Assembly: GCA_963808235.1 (NCBI GenBank)
Contig: CAWEEQ010000004.1
Coordinates: forward strand, 448,001-512,000
Direction of reading: 5' to 3'
From: an uncultured delta proteobacterium
GTDB lineage: Bacteria; Desulfobacterota; Binatia; Binatales; Binataceae
Length of the DNA: 64,000 bases
Shown here: piece by piece, positions 1 to 10,201 of the stretch
How positions within the stretch are numbered: the stretch's first letter is position 1
Layout: each line of letters opens with the position of its first letter
Program-made: the position numbers and the translations under genes
The notes under the pieces: generated by a model
Databases searched by the model: none
Told to the model about the DNA's origin: nothing
The model's input: only the letters and a program-made list of their open reading frames with translations

Positions 1-408
1 GTTAAATGGCGCAAGATGATGAAGGGTCGCGTCCGCGGCGCCGAGTCGCGCGGACTCACGCTTGCGTTCGGCGACTTCGGGCTGAAGTCGCTCGAGACTT
101 GCCGAATCGACACGCGCGCTCTGGAAGCCGCTCGTATCGCGCTCACCCGTCATATCAAGCGCGGCGGCCGGGTCTGGATTCGCGTCTTCCCCGACAAGCC
201 CTTCACCAAGAAGCCGGCTGAAACCCGCATGGGCAAGGGCAAGGGCTCGCCCGAGGGATGGGTCGCATGCGTCAGGCCCGGACGGATTCTGTTCGAGATG
301 GAAGGGGTCGATTACGCGACCGCAAAGGAAGCGATGCGCCTTGCCGCGCACAAGCTTCCGATCAAGACGATCATGATCCAGCGCGAGGAGGGCGGCCTTG
401 GAGCTTGA
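1..408 (+). CDS. rplP: 50S ribosomal protein L16 (5' end outside window)
   Basis: Frame open from base 1 ([10 protein letters not shown]); motifs WIRVFPDKP and [14 protein letters not shown]; operon position. Confidence 0.97.
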   Translation, partial: VKWRKMMKGRVRGAESRGLTLAFGDFGLKSLETCRIDTRALEAARIALTRHIKRGGRVWIRVFPDKPFTKKPAETRMGKGKGSPEGWVACVRPGRILFEMEGVDYATAKEAMRLAAHKLPIKTIMIQREEGGLGA

Positions 409-631
409 CGAACTGCGGCAGATGACCGCGCCCGATCTTCGCGTCAAAGAGCGTGAGGCGCGCGAGGAAGTGTTTCGCTTGCGCCTCAAGCTGCGCACTA
501 ATCAGCTCGACAATCACGCAAGCTACCGGCGCGCGCGCCGCGAACTTGCGCTTATCATGACATTGCTCGGCGAGAAGACTCGCGCGGAAAGCGCAACGGA
601 CAAGAAGGCAGGAAATGCGAGAGCGAATTAA
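398..631 (+). CDS. rpmC: 50S ribosomal protein L29
   Basis: ELDELRQM...EVFRLRLK...QLDNH...RRELA; between L16 and S17. Confidence 0.93.
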   Translation: MELDELRQMTAPDLRVKEREAREEVFRLRLKLRTNQLDNHASYRRARRELALIMTLLGEKTRAESATDKKAGNARAN

Positions 632-869
632 GCGGCGCGAGGGCACCGTGGTCTCCGCCAAGATGACCAAGACCGTCGTGGTCAAGGTGGACCGCATGGT
701 CGAGCATCCGCTGTACGGCAAGCGCGTGCGCCGCAGCACCCGGTTCATGGCGCATGACGAGCGCGGGGAATGCAAGGAAGGCGACCGGGTGCAGATAATC
801 GAGTCGCGTCCGCTCTCGAAACGAAAGCGCTGGCGCGTCAGCCGCGTTCTGAAAAAGGCCGCGGGGTAG
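615..869 (+). CDS. rpsQ: 30S ribosomal protein S17
   Basis: [31 protein letters not shown]. Confidence 0.97.
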   Translation: MRERIKRREGTVVSAKMTKTVVVKVDRMVEHPLYGKRVRRSTRFMAHDERGECKEGDRVQIIESRPLSKRKRWRVSRVLKKAAG

Positions 870-875
870 CGCGCG

Positions 876-1244
876 ATGGTGCAGGTACAAACAGTTCTCG
901 ACGTTGCCGACAATTCGGGCGCGCGCAGAGTGATGTGCATCAAGGTGCTCGGCGGCTCCAAGCGCAGATACGCGTCGGTCGGAGATGTAATCGTGGTCGC
1001 GGTCAAAGAGGCGATTCCCAACGCCAAGGTCAAAAAGGGCGACGTGTCGCGCGCGGTGATCGTCCGCACGGCGAAAGAAATCAGCCGCGGCGACGGCAGC
1101 TACATCCGTTTCGACGGCAACTCGGCGGTGCTGCTGGACAAGGATCACGAACCGATCGGCACGCGCATCTTCGGGCCGGTGGCGCGCGAGCTCCGGGCGA
1201 AAAAGTTTTTGAAAATTATCTCACTCGCGCCGGAAGTGCTGTGA
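876..1244 (+). CDS. rplN: 50S ribosomal protein L14
   Basis: [42 protein letters not shown]. Confidence 0.98.
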   Translation: MVQVQTVLDVADNSGARRVMCIKVLGGSKRRYASVGDVIVVAVKEAIPNAKVKKGDVSRAVIVRTAKEISRGDGSYIRFDGNSAVLLDKDHEPIGTRIFGPVARELRAKKFLKIISLAPEVL

Positions 1245-1277
1245 GAGAATTAGTTCTGTGATCGAAAGAGTTATGTG

Positions 1278-1610
1278 ATGGCATCGCCGAAGTACAAAAT
1301 AAAAAAGAATGACACCGTGATGGTCGTCACCGGCCGCGATCGCGGCAAGACCGGCAAAGTGATGCGCGTGCTGCCGGAGCGCGGCCGGGTGGTCATCGAG
1401 CGGCTCAATATCGTCAAGCGGCACAGCAAGGCGCGCGGCGCGCAGAGCCCCGGCGGCATCGTCGAAAAGGAAGCGCCGATCAATATTTCGAACGTGATGA
1501 TTTTTTGCGATCGCTGCAACGCTCCGGTCCGGGTCGGACTCAAAATCGCCGACGACGGCGCGAAGAGCCGGGTCTGCCGGCGCTGCGGCGAGGCAATAGG
1601 TAACGACTGA
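1278..1610 (+). CDS. rplX: 50S ribosomal protein L24
   Basis: [36 protein letters not shown]; ATG at 1278. Confidence 0.97.
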   Translation: MASPKYKIKKNDTVMVVTGRDRGKTGKVMRVLPERGRVVIERLNIVKRHSKARGAQSPGGIVEKEAPINISNVMIFCDRCNAPVRVGLKIADDGAKSRVCRRCGEAIGND

Positions 1611-2449
1611 TGGCCGATAAAAAAGAAAAGCCGGACAAGGCGGAGCAGGCCGCGAAGGCGGAGCAGACTGCCAAGTCCGATCAGGCCGCCAAGGCCAAGC
1701 GCGAAGGCAAAGCCAGGCAGGCCGAGCAGAAAAAGGCGGCCGAAGAGGCCAAGGCCGCGGCCGCGGTGCCGCTGCCGCCGGAGCCGAAGCTGCCGGCGCG
1801 GCTCCGAGTGCGCTTCGAGGAGGAGATCGCGCCAGCCCTGATGCGCGAGCTCAAGATCGAAAACCGGATGCGGGTTCCGCGGCTCGAGAAGATCACGATT
1901 AACATGGCGCTGCAGGAAGCTCGCGACAACGTGAAGATTCTCGACTCGGCGCTCGAGGAATTGAAAGTGATCACCGGACAGAAGCCGGTGCTGACCCGCG
2001 CGCGTAAGGCGATTTCGAATTTCAAACTGCGCCAGGGGATGCCGATTGGCGTGATGGTTACGCTCCGGCGCGAGAAGATGTGGGAATTTTTCGACCGCTT
2101 GGTGAATATCTCCTTGCCGCGCGTGCGTGACTTCCGCGGCGTCAGCGACAAGGCATTTGACGGGCGCGGCAATTACTCGCTCGGGCTGAAGGAACATACG
2201 ATCTTTGCCGAGCTGAATCTCGACAAGGTCGAGAAGGTGAAGGGACTTACGATTTCAATTACGACCACCGCGCGTACTGACTTCGAGGGGCAGACGCTGC
2301 TCCGCGCGCTCGGGATGCCGATGCGCGGCGCGTCGGAGCGTGAGGCGGACGAGGCCAAAGCAGCAGCCGCCCTCAAGGCCGCCGCTGCCGCGAAGGCCGC
2401 GGCGATCGCGGAAGCGCAGCCGCCGCCCGAGACACCGAGCGAGGCATGA
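1610..2449 (+). CDS. rplE: 50S ribosomal protein L5 with Ala/Lys-rich N- and C-terminal extensions
   Basis: [53 protein letters not shown]. Confidence 0.97.
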   Translation: MADKKEKPDKAEQAAKAEQTAKSDQAAKAKREGKARQAEQKKAAEEAKAAAAVPLPPEPKLPARLRVRFEEEIAPALMRELKIENRMRVPRLEKITINMALQEARDNVKILDSALEELKVITGQKPVLTRARKAISNFKLRQGMPIGVMVTLRREKMWEFFDRLVNISLPRVRDFRGVSDKAFDGRGNYSLGLKEHTIFAELNLDKVEKVKGLTISITTTARTDFEGQTLLRALGMPMRGASEREADEAKAAAALKAAAAAKAAAIAEAQPPPETPSEA

Positions 2450-2460
2450 GGAACAACTGA

Positions 2461-2646
2461 ATGGCGAAAACGTGCCTGCGGGTCAAAGCGACCCGAAAAC
2501 AAAAATTCAAAGTGCGGCAGTATAATCGATGCCCGCTATGCGGCCGCGCGCGCGCATACTATCGGCGCTTCAAGATGTGCAGGCTATGCCTGCGCAAGCT
2601 GGCACTCGACGGAAAGCTGCCCGGCGTGATCAAGGCGAGCTGGTAA
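2461..2646 (+). CDS. rpsN: 30S ribosomal protein S14, short zinc-binding (type Z) form
   Basis: 61 aa, RCPLCGR...[16 protein letters not shown]. Confidence 0.97.
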   Translation: MAKTCLRVKATRKQKFKVRQYNRCPLCGRARAYYRRFKMCRLCLRKLALDGKLPGVIKASW

Positions 2647-2653
2647 AGAAATT

Positions 2654-3052
2654 ATGTCGCAGACCGATCCGATCGCAGAACTGCTCACGCGAATCCGCAA
2701 CGCGATGCGTGCGCGATACAACGAGCTCACGGTGCCCCATTCGCGGCTGCGCGAAGCAATATGCCGCGTGCTGATGGCCGAGGGATTTCTCGCCGGCGTC
2801 GAAGTGGGCGGCGAAGTGCCCAAGAAGATGCTCGCGCTGAAGCTCCGCTACTCGCCGACTCGCGAGTCGGTAATTCGCGGAATCGACCGAATCAGCAAGC
2901 CGAGCCAGCGCCGCTACGCGGGCGTCGGAGAAATCGGCAAGGTGCGGGGCGCGATGGGCGTGCAAATCGTGTCGACGCCGCTCGGCGTGATGACCGGGCG
3001 CGAAGCGCGCCGGCGCAAAGTCGGTGGCGAAATTCTCTGCAGGGTCTGGTAA
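2654..3052 (+). CDS. rpsH: 30S ribosomal protein S8
   Basis: TDPIAELLTRIRNA, RISKPSQRRY, VSTPLGVMT, GGEILC. Confidence 0.97.
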   Translation: MSQTDPIAELLTRIRNAMRARYNELTVPHSRLREAICRVLMAEGFLAGVEVGGEVPKKMLALKLRYSPTRESVIRGIDRISKPSQRRYAGVGEIGKVRGAMGVQIVSTPLGVMTGREARRRKVGGEILCRVW

Positions 3053-3075
3053 GCTACGGGGTTTGGTAAAGTAGA

Positions 3076-3627
3076 ATGTCGCGGATAGGAAGACTGCCGA
3101 TTCATCTCGATAAGAGCGTCAAGGCCTCGCTCGCGGGAGACCTGCTCAAAGTCGAAGGGCCCAAGGGGAAGCTCGAACTCAAGCTTCATCCGGGCTTCAG
3201 CGTCGATATCAGCGACGGGCAGATCGTCGTCAAGCGTCCCGGCGATACTCATGAGGAACGCTCCGTGCACGGCCTGATGCGCAAGCTGATTGCCAACATG
3301 GTCGAGGGCGTCGGCAAGGGTTTCACCCGCGTGCTCGAGATAAACGGCGTCGGCTACCGCGCGGAAGCCAAGGCGCAGCAAGTCAATCTGACGCTCGGCT
3401 ACTCGCATCCGATCGTGTATCAGCTTCCGCCCGGCGTGACTGCCAAAGTCGAGCGGCAGGTGCTGGTCACGCTGGAGAGCGCCGATCGGCAATTGCTCGG
3501 AACGGTGGCGGCGCAGATTCGCGAGCTCCGGCCGCCGGAACCGTACAAGGGCAAGGGAATCAAGTACGCGACCGAAACGATTCGCCGCAAAGCGGGCAAA
3601 GCCGCAGCCGGCTCGACCTCGGCATAG
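3076..3627 (+). CDS. rplF: 50S ribosomal protein L6
   Basis: MSRIGRLPI, GVGYRA, LGYSHP, RPPEPYKGKGIKY. Confidence 0.98.
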   Translation: MSRIGRLPIHLDKSVKASLAGDLLKVEGPKGKLELKLHPGFSVDISDGQIVVKRPGDTHEERSVHGLMRKLIANMVEGVGKGFTRVLEINGVGYRAEAKAQQVNLTLGYSHPIVYQLPPGVTAKVERQVLVTLESADRQLLGTVAAQIRELRPPEPYKGKGIKYATETIRRKAGKAAAGSTSA

Positions 3628-3645
3628 TACCAAGGTTATTTGCTT

Positions 3646-4008
3646 ATGGCTCAAGAGCGATCAGAAAAGCGAGCGTTGCGACGCGGCCGAGTCCGCCGCA
3701 AGGCGATTGGCAACGACGAGCGTCCTCGGCTGTCGGTGTTCCGCTCGCTGCAACATATATACGTGCAGGTGATTTCCGACCAGACTGGACGCACGCTCGC
3801 GGCGGCCTCCACCTCGAGCGCCGACGTGCGCGAGGGACTGAAGAGCAAGCGCAATCTTGCCGCAGCCAAAGCAGTCGGCAAGGCGATCGCCGAGCGATGC
3901 CTCAAGAGCGGGATTTCCAGCGTGGTGTTCGACCGTAACGGATTTCTTTATCACGGACGGGTCAAGGCGCTTGCCGACGCGGCGCGCGAAGCGGGGTTAA
4001 AGTTTTGA
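3646..4008 (+). CDS. rplR: 50S ribosomal protein L18
   Basis: [44 protein letters not shown]. Confidence 0.97.
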   Translation: MAQERSEKRALRRGRVRRKAIGNDERPRLSVFRSLQHIYVQVISDQTGRTLAAASTSSADVREGLKSKRNLAAAKAVGKAIAERCLKSGISSVVFDRNGFLYHGRVKALADAAREAGLKF

Positions 4009-4040
4009 ACGGAAGGCAACGAACGCTCCGGGAAGGCACC

Positions 4041-4550
4041 GTGGTTGCGCGAATCGATCCACAGGGTCTCGAGATCAAAGAGAAGGTCGTGCATATCAAC
4101 CGCGTCGCGAAGGTCGTGAAGGGCGGACGCCGATTCAGCTTCAGCGCCCTGGTCGTGGCGGGCGATCACAACGGACTGGTCGGCTTCGGGCTTGGCAAGG
4201 CCAACGAAGTGCCCGAGGCGATTCGCAAGGGCGTCGATCGCGCCAAGAAGAGCCTCGTGCGCGTGCCGATTCAGGACGGTACGATTCCGCATGAAGTGGT
4301 CGGACGTTTTGGTGCGGGCCGAGTCGTGCTGAGGCCGGCGGCCGAGGGTACTGGAGTGATCGCGGCGGGCGGCGTGCGCGCGGTTGTCGAGCTTGCGGGA
4401 ATCCGCAACATTCTGACCAAGCGGCTCGGCTCCTCGAATCCGCATAACCTGGTCAAGGCGACGCTCGAGGCGCTCGCCGAACTGCGCAGCACCGAAGATA
4501 TCAATCGTCTCCGCGGACGCGTCCCGAATCATCCCGAAGCCGCCGCGTAA
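4041..4550 (+). CDS. rpsE: 30S ribosomal protein S5 (GTG start at 4041 is a best guess)
   Basis: [40 protein letters not shown]. Confidence 0.96.
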   Translation: MVARIDPQGLEIKEKVVHINRVAKVVKGGRRFSFSALVVAGDHNGLVGFGLGKANEVPEAIRKGVDRAKKSLVRVPIQDGTIPHEVVGRFGAGRVVLRPAAEGTGVIAAGGVRAVVELAGIRNILTKRLGSSNPHNLVKATLEALAELRSTEDINRLRGRVPNHPEAAA

Positions 4551-4570
4551 TGAGATGAGAGGTCGTTAGC

Positions 4571-4753
4571 GTGTCAGATAAAATTCGCGTCAAGCTGGTT
4601 CGAAGTCCGATCAGCACCACCCGCCGAGTGCGCGAAACCGTCAAGGGACTGGGGCTGGGCAAGGTCGGCAGCGAGCGCGAGCTCAAGCGCAGCGCCGCGG
4701 TCGAAGGGATGATCAAACGCCTGAAACATCTGGTCGTCGAGCTGAAGGACTGA
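4571..4753 (+). CDS. rpmD: 50S ribosomal protein L30
   Basis: IRVKLVRSPI, TVKGLGL, GMIKRLKHLV; between S5 and L15. Confidence 0.95.
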   Translation: MSDKIRVKLVRSPISTTRRVRETVKGLGLGKVGSERELKRSAAVEGMIKRLKHLVVELKD

Positions 4754-4775
4754 AAGCTCAAATGGATTTGCAATA

Positions 4776-5242
4776 ATGGATCTGAAGGATTTAAAGCCGT
4801 CGCCCGGCTCGACCCATCGCAAACGCCGCGTGGGCCGCGGAATCGGTTCCGGTCACGGCAAGACCGCCGGCCGCGGACACAAGGGCCTCGGCGCGCGCTC
4901 GCACGGCAACACGCCGCCAAGCTACGAAGGCGGCCAGATGCCTCTGCAGCGCCGCTTGCCAAAGCAGGGATTTCGCCGCACGCTGAAGAATGAAGCCCGT
5001 CGTGCCGAGTTTGCGATTGTAAATCTGTCCCGGCTGAACGACTTCGAGGCGGGCGTCACGATCGACGCGGCCGCGCTCGCGGCGCGTGGACTTATCCCGG
5101 CCGGGCGCAAAGTTAAGGTTCTCGGCGACGGCGATCTTAAGAGTAAGATTACAGTGCGCGCCGATGCGTTCTCGAAAGCGCGCGTGACAAAATCGCCGCC
5201 GCGGGCGGCGTTGCGGAGATGGTAACGCCCACCGATAGCTAA
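4776..5242 (+). CDS. rplO: 50S ribosomal protein L15 (apparent one-base deletion near 5175-5177)
   Basis: RVGRGIGSGHGKTAGRGHKG, EGGQMPLQRRLPK; adding one base after TCGAAA restores FSKSARDKIAAAGGVAEMV ending at TAA 5240-5242, abutting the secY ATG. Confidence 0.93.
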
Positions 5243-6562
5243 ATGCTGGATGGGTTTTCAAACGCCTCGCGCATCCCGGAATTGCGCCGCCGGCTGCTGT
5301 TCACGGCCGCGATGCTGGCCGTGTATCGGATCGGCGTCGCCGTGCCTACCCCGGGGATCGACGGGCAGGCGCTGCAGTCGTTCTTCGACGCCGCCAGCGG
5401 CACGCTCTTCGGCTGGGTTAATCTCTTCTCGGGCGGCGCGCTCCAGCAATTTTCGGTCCTCGCACTCGGCATCATGCCGTACATCTCGGTCGCGATCGTC
5501 CTCGATCTGCTGAAGATCGCGTCGCCATATCTCGACGAACTCTACAAGGAAGGCGAGGCCGGCCGCCGCAAGATAACGCAATACACCCGCTATGGCACCG
5601 TGCTTCTCGCGCTCTTCCAGGGCACGATGATCGCGTATCTCGCTCGAACAAATTCAGTCGCCCGGCGGCGGCAGTATCGTTTACAATCCGGGCCCCGGCT
5701 TTATCGTGATGACCGTGCTGACCGTCACTGCGGGCACCATGTTCCTGATGTGGATCGGCGAGCAGATCACCGAACGCGGTATCGGCAACGGTATATCGCT
5801 GATCATCATGGCGGGAATCGTGGCGCGCCTGCCGAGCGCGATCAGCACCACGGCGCAGTTCGTGCGCGAGGGCGAAATGAGCGTCTTCCTGCTCATCTTC
5901 ATTCTCGCGATCGCTGCCGCCGTTATCGCCGGGATCGTCTATATCGAGACCGCGCAGCGCCGTATCCCGATTCAGTACGCCCGGCGCGTGGTCGGACGCC
6001 GCGTCTACGGCGGGCAGAGTTCGCATCTGCCGCTCAAGATTAATACCTCGGGCGTTATTCCGCCGATTTTCGCGTCGGCGCTGCTGGTCTTCCCGGCGAC
6101 GCTCGCGACCTTCGTTCCATTTTTGAAACCGTACTCGAGCTATTTGACCCCCGGCGGCTTCTACTACGATCTGGTTTACGTCGCCCTGATCGTGTTCTTC
6201 TGTTACTTCTACACCTCCGTGACATTCAATCCGGTCGACGTCGCCGACAATCTGAAAAAGTACGGCGGCTTTATCCCGGGAATCCGGCCCGGACGTTTCA
6301 CCGCTGACTATATCGATCGCGTGCTGTCGCGGATCACGCTCGGCGGTGCGATTTACGTGAGTGCCGTATGCGTCCTGCCGACGATCCTGATTGCGCGCTT
6401 CAACGTGCCGTTTTTCTTCGGCGGAACCGCGCTGCTGATCGTGGTCGGCGTCGCAATAGACACGGTCGCGCAAATTGAAACTCATCTGCTGACCCGCAAC
6501 TACGAAGGCTTCATGCGCCGCGGACGGGTAGCAGAGACCGTCGCGGACCCGCAGGACCGTAA
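5243..6562 (+). CDS. secY: Preprotein translocase SecY (apparent frameshift near 5636; probable true stop 6560-6562)
   Basis: [24 protein letters not shown] in ORF 5243; [56 protein letters not shown] in ORF 5706. Confidence 0.93.
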
Positions 6563-6620
6563 GGAAGAAGGAGCAAAGGCAAAGACCTGCAGAGCGATCC
6601 GGAAACAGGGGCGCTTAAGC

Positions 6621-7301
6621 GTGCGGCTGGTTCTGCTCGGCCCGCCCGGCGCGGGCAAGGGAACGCAGGCGCGAGCGCTCGGCGCATTATGGAATGTTCC
6701 GCAGATAGCCAGCGGCGATTTGCTGCGCGCCGCGGTGCGGGAAGGTACCGAACTCGGACGCGAGGCGACTCGATATATGGATCGCGGGCAACTGGTGCCC
6801 GATGAACTCGTGTTGAAGCTCGTCGCGGAGCGCCTTGGCCGCAAAGACGCGCGCGCCGGATTTATCCTCGACGGATTCCCGCGCAACGTCGCACAGGCCG
6901 AGACGCTTGCCAGGATGCTCGAGGCGAATGGATCGAAGCTCGATAAAGTCGTCGCGGTGATCGTGCCGGACGAGGAGATCGTGAAACGGATTTCGGGACG
7001 CCGCACCTGTAAGAAATGCGCCGCGATGTATCACGCGATTTTCGAGCCGCCGAAAAAGGCCGGCGTATGCGACAAGTGCGGCGGCGAGCTTTACCAGCGC
7101 GAGGACGACGCCGAGGAGACTGTGCGCGAGCGCCTGAAGGTGTTCGCAGCCGCCACTCGTCCGTTGCTCGATTATTACGGGCGGCTCGCGATGCTCTCCC
7201 AGGTCGACGGAGTGGGACGCACCGACGAAGTCGAAAAGCGGATTCTGAACGCGGTCGGAACTAAGGTTCGCCCGAAGGTCGCCAGTGATTGGAATGATTA
7301 A
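6621..7301 (+). CDS. adk: Adenylate kinase with zinc-binding LID
   Basis: GTG at 6621, [29 protein letters not shown]...CDKC, QREDD. Confidence 0.95.
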   Translation: MRLVLLGPPGAGKGTQARALGALWNVPQIASGDLLRAAVREGTELGREATRYMDRGQLVPDELVLKLVAERLGRKDARAGFILDGFPRNVAQAETLARMLEANGSKLDKVVAVIVPDEEIVKRISGRRTCKKCAAMYHAIFEPPKKAGVCDKCGGELYQREDDAEETVRERLKVFAAATRPLLDYYGRLAMLSQVDGVGRTDEVEKRILNAVGTKVRPKVASDWND

Positions 7302-8065
7302 TTTAAAAACTCCGGCCGAAATAGCCGTGATGCGCAAGGCGAGCCGCATCGTCGCCGAGATTCTCGAGGAGCTTGCCGCCGCGATTCGCCCCGGTATCAC
7401 CACTGAGGAGCTCGATCGGCTGGCCGAGGAAGCTACTTATCGCAAGGGCGCCAAGCCGGCCTTCAAGGGCTACAAGCCCGGCGACGTCGTCTATCCGAAA
7501 TGCCTGTGCGTGTCCGTAAATAATGAGATTGTCCATGGCATTCCGTCGAGTCGAAAATTGAAAAGCGGAGATATCGTCGGCCTCGATTTCGGAGTCGTTT
7601 ACGAAGGATTCTTCGGCGACTCGGCGCGGACCGTCGCGGTCGGACCCGTTCCCGAGCACGTCCAGAAACTGCTCAAGGTGACGCGCGACTCGCTATACGC
7701 GGGAATCGCGCAGGCTCGCGGCCGGCAACCGTATCAGCGATATCGCACGAGCGGTGCAGGCTACGGTCGAAGGCGCGGGATTTTCGGTCGTCACCGACTT
7801 TGCCGGTCACGGAATCGGCCGCCGTCTCCATGAAGATCCCCAGGTGCCGAACTATTTCCGGTTCGGGATGCCCAATCCCCGTCTTCGGGAGGGGATGGCG
7901 CTGGCGATTGAGCCGATGGTTAACGAGGGTAGCCCCGATTTGGAGATACTTTCCGACGGCTGGACTGCGGTGACGGCGGACGGTAAACTATCTGCCCACT
8001 TCGAACATTCCATCGCGATTACCTCCAACGGGCCAGAAATCCTGAGCGAGCTCGAAAATGTCTAA
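7294..8065 (+). CDS. map: Type I methionine aminopeptidase (apparent extra G near 7720)
   Basis: [19 protein letters not shown] in ORF 7285; [28 protein letters not shown] in ORF 7754. Confidence 0.93.
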
Positions 8066-8276
8066 GGGCGACGCGATCGAAGTACAAGGGACGGTGCAGG
8101 AAGCGCTGCCCAATGCGGTGTTCAGAGTGACGCTCGACAACGGGCATAAGGTGTTGGCCCATATCTCGGGCAAGATGCGGATGCATTACATAAAGATTCT
8201 GGCCGGCGACAAGGTCACCGTTGAATTGTCCCCATACGATCTGACTCGCGGCCGGATTACGTACCGGATGCGCTAG
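8058..8276 (+). CDS. infA: Translation initiation factor IF-1
   Basis: [38 protein letters not shown]. Confidence 0.98.
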   Translation: MSKGDAIEVQGTVQEALPNAVFRVTLDNGHKVLAHISGKMRMHYIKILAGDKVTVELSPYDLTRGRITYRMR

Positions 8277-8306
8277 GGAACGCGCCCCGGATAGAGATTG
8301 CGAAGT

Positions 8307-8420
8307 ATGAAAGTCAGAGCGTCGGTAAAAAAGATTTGTAAGAACTGCAAGGTGGTGCGCCGCCAAGGCGTCGTGCGCATCCTATGCTCCAACCCGCGGC
8401 ACAAGCAGCGCCAGGGTTAG
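8307..8420 (+). CDS. rpmJ: 50S ribosomal protein L36 (not in ORF track)
   Basis: Hand translation [37 protein letters not shown]. Confidence 0.97.
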   Translation: MKVRASVKKICKNCKVVRRQGVVRILCSNPRHKQRQG

Positions 8421-8445
8421 GATAGTTCCAGGAAGGGTTTTCGCG

Positions 8446-8829
8446 ATGGCACGCATAGCTGGAGTCGAACTGCCGAAGAACAAGCGGATGGATATCGCGC
8501 TGACCTATATCTACGGAATAGGCCGGCCCGGCGCGCTCAAAATTCTCAAAGCCGCCAATGTCGATCCGGCAATCAAGACCGACGACTTGTCGGCCGACCA
8601 GCAGGTTCACATCCGCCAGGTGATCGACACCGACTTCGAAGTCGAAGGCGACCTGCGCCGCGATTTTCAGCAGGCGATCAAACGCCTGATGGATCTCGGA
8701 TGCTACCGCGGCATACGCCATCGCCGCGGACTTCCGGTCCGTGGCCAGCGAACCCATACCAACGCGCGTACTCGAAAAGGTCCGCGCAAAGTCGTCGCCG
8801 GCAAGAAGACCGCGCCGCCAAAGGGATAG
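8446..8829 (+). CDS. rpsM: 30S ribosomal protein S13
   Basis: [45 protein letters not shown]. Confidence 0.98.
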   Translation: MARIAGVELPKNKRMDIALTYIYGIGRPGALKILKAANVDPAIKTDDLSADQQVHIRQVIDTDFEVEGDLRRDFQQAIKRLMDLGCYRGIRHRRGLPVRGQRTHTNARTRKGPRKVVAGKKTAPPKG

Positions 8830-8969
8830 CGTATAGAACGCGGGCGGGAAGGGAAATTTTCGCCCGACGATAGGCACTGAAAGCGGATTCACTGAAAAAA
8901 GCGATAAAACGCGGACAGCTAAGGAAATTTTAAGCATGCTGTCGCCAACCAAGCGGATTCACTTAAAAG

Positions 8970-9458
8970 ATGGCTGAAGAAACCAAAGAGACCGAAGTTA
9001 AAGAGACCAAGGCTGCGCCGGAAAAGAAGGCCGCCGCCGCGGCACCTGCAGCGGCAGGCGCCGCAGCCGGAGCGCCCGCACCTGCGCCGCGCCGCAAGAA
9101 GGTGCGCCGCAACGTGCCCGAAGGCGTCGCGCATGTTCATGCGACCTTCAACAACACGATCGTCACGATAACCGATCAGCAGGGCACCGTGATCGCGTGG
9201 TCGAGCGCAGGCTCGGTCGGCTTCAAGGGATCGCGCAAGGGCACCCCGTATGCGGCCCAGATGGCGGCGGAGGCATGCGCGCGCAAATGCTCGGAAGTCG
9301 GGATGCGCGCGGTGGTCGTTCACGTCAAAGGTCCCGGCGGTGGACGCGAATCGGCAGTGCGTGCTCTGCAAGCGACAGGACTCGGTGTGATCTCGATAAA
9401 AGACGTGACACCGATTCCGCATAACGGATGCCGTCCGCCAAAGCGGCGCCGAGTCTGA
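8970..9458 (+). CDS. rpsK: 30S ribosomal protein S11 with N-terminal extension
   Basis: [45 protein letters not shown]. Confidence 0.98.
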   Translation: MAEETKETEVKETKAAPEKKAAAAAPAAAGAAAGAPAPAPRRKKVRRNVPEGVAHVHATFNNTIVTITDQQGTVIAWSSAGSVGFKGSRKGTPYAAQMAAEACARKCSEVGMRAVVVHVKGPGGGRESAVRALQATGLGVISIKDVTPIPHNGCRPPKRRRV

Positions 9459-9491
9459 CAATCCGGCCACTGAAAAAGGCGTAAAGATACA

Positions 9492-10118
9492 ATGGCAAGA
9501 AACTTAGGGCCGGTATGCCGGCTATGTCGGCGCGAGGGACTGAAACTCTTCCTTAAGGGAGAGCGATGCTACAGCGACAAGTGCGCTATCGAGCGGCGCA
9601 ATTATCCGCCCGGCGCGCACGGACAGGCGCGCACGCGTTTCTCTGAATTCGCGATTCGGCTCCGCGAAAAGCAGAAGGTCAAACGCATTTACGGCCTGAT
9701 GGAAGCGCAGTTCTCCGCGTACTTCGAGACGGCGGAGCGGATGGACGGGATTACCGGCGAGAACCTGCTCGTGCTGCTCGAGCGCCGGCTCGACAACGTA
9801 GTGTACAGGCTCGGCTTCGCGAGTTCGCTCGCGCAGGCGCGCCAGGTCGTTCGCCACGGGCATATTCATTTGAACGGAAAAAAAGTCACGATTCCCTCGA
9901 CCCTGGTCGAGGTTGGCGGCGTTATCAGCGTCGCCGAGGCGAGCCGCACCAAGAAGGTGATCGTCGAGGCGATCGAGATGGCGCAGCGGCGCGGCGTACC
10001 GCCGTGGATGGCTCTCGAACGCGAACAATTCCGCGGCTCGATGCGCTCGCTGCCGCAGCGCGCTGAACTCACGATGCCGATCAGCGAGAAGCTGATCGTC
10101 GAGCATTACTCCAGGTAA
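9492..10118 (+). CDS. rpsD: 30S ribosomal protein S4
   Basis: [51 protein letters not shown]. Confidence 0.98.
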   Translation: MARNLGPVCRLCRREGLKLFLKGERCYSDKCAIERRNYPPGAHGQARTRFSEFAIRLREKQKVKRIYGLMEAQFSAYFETAERMDGITGENLLVLLERRLDNVVYRLGFASSLAQARQVVRHGHIHLNGKKVTIPSTLVEVGGVISVAEASRTKKVIVEAIEMAQRRGVPPWMALEREQFRGSMRSLPQRAELTMPISEKLIVEHYSR

Positions 10119-10201
10119 ACGGAGGCAACCGATCGGCGTCCCGGTCCGTGGTGGGCCTGCGTGGGCGCGAGAAAATCCAATCGGAAACAAGAGCACAGCT
10201 T

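Noticed and set aside
5170-7725. Programmed frameshifting or pseudogenisation of rplO, secY and map
   Set aside because: No shared slippery motif, mixed insertion and deletion types, essential genes, and tight clustering favour sequencing error
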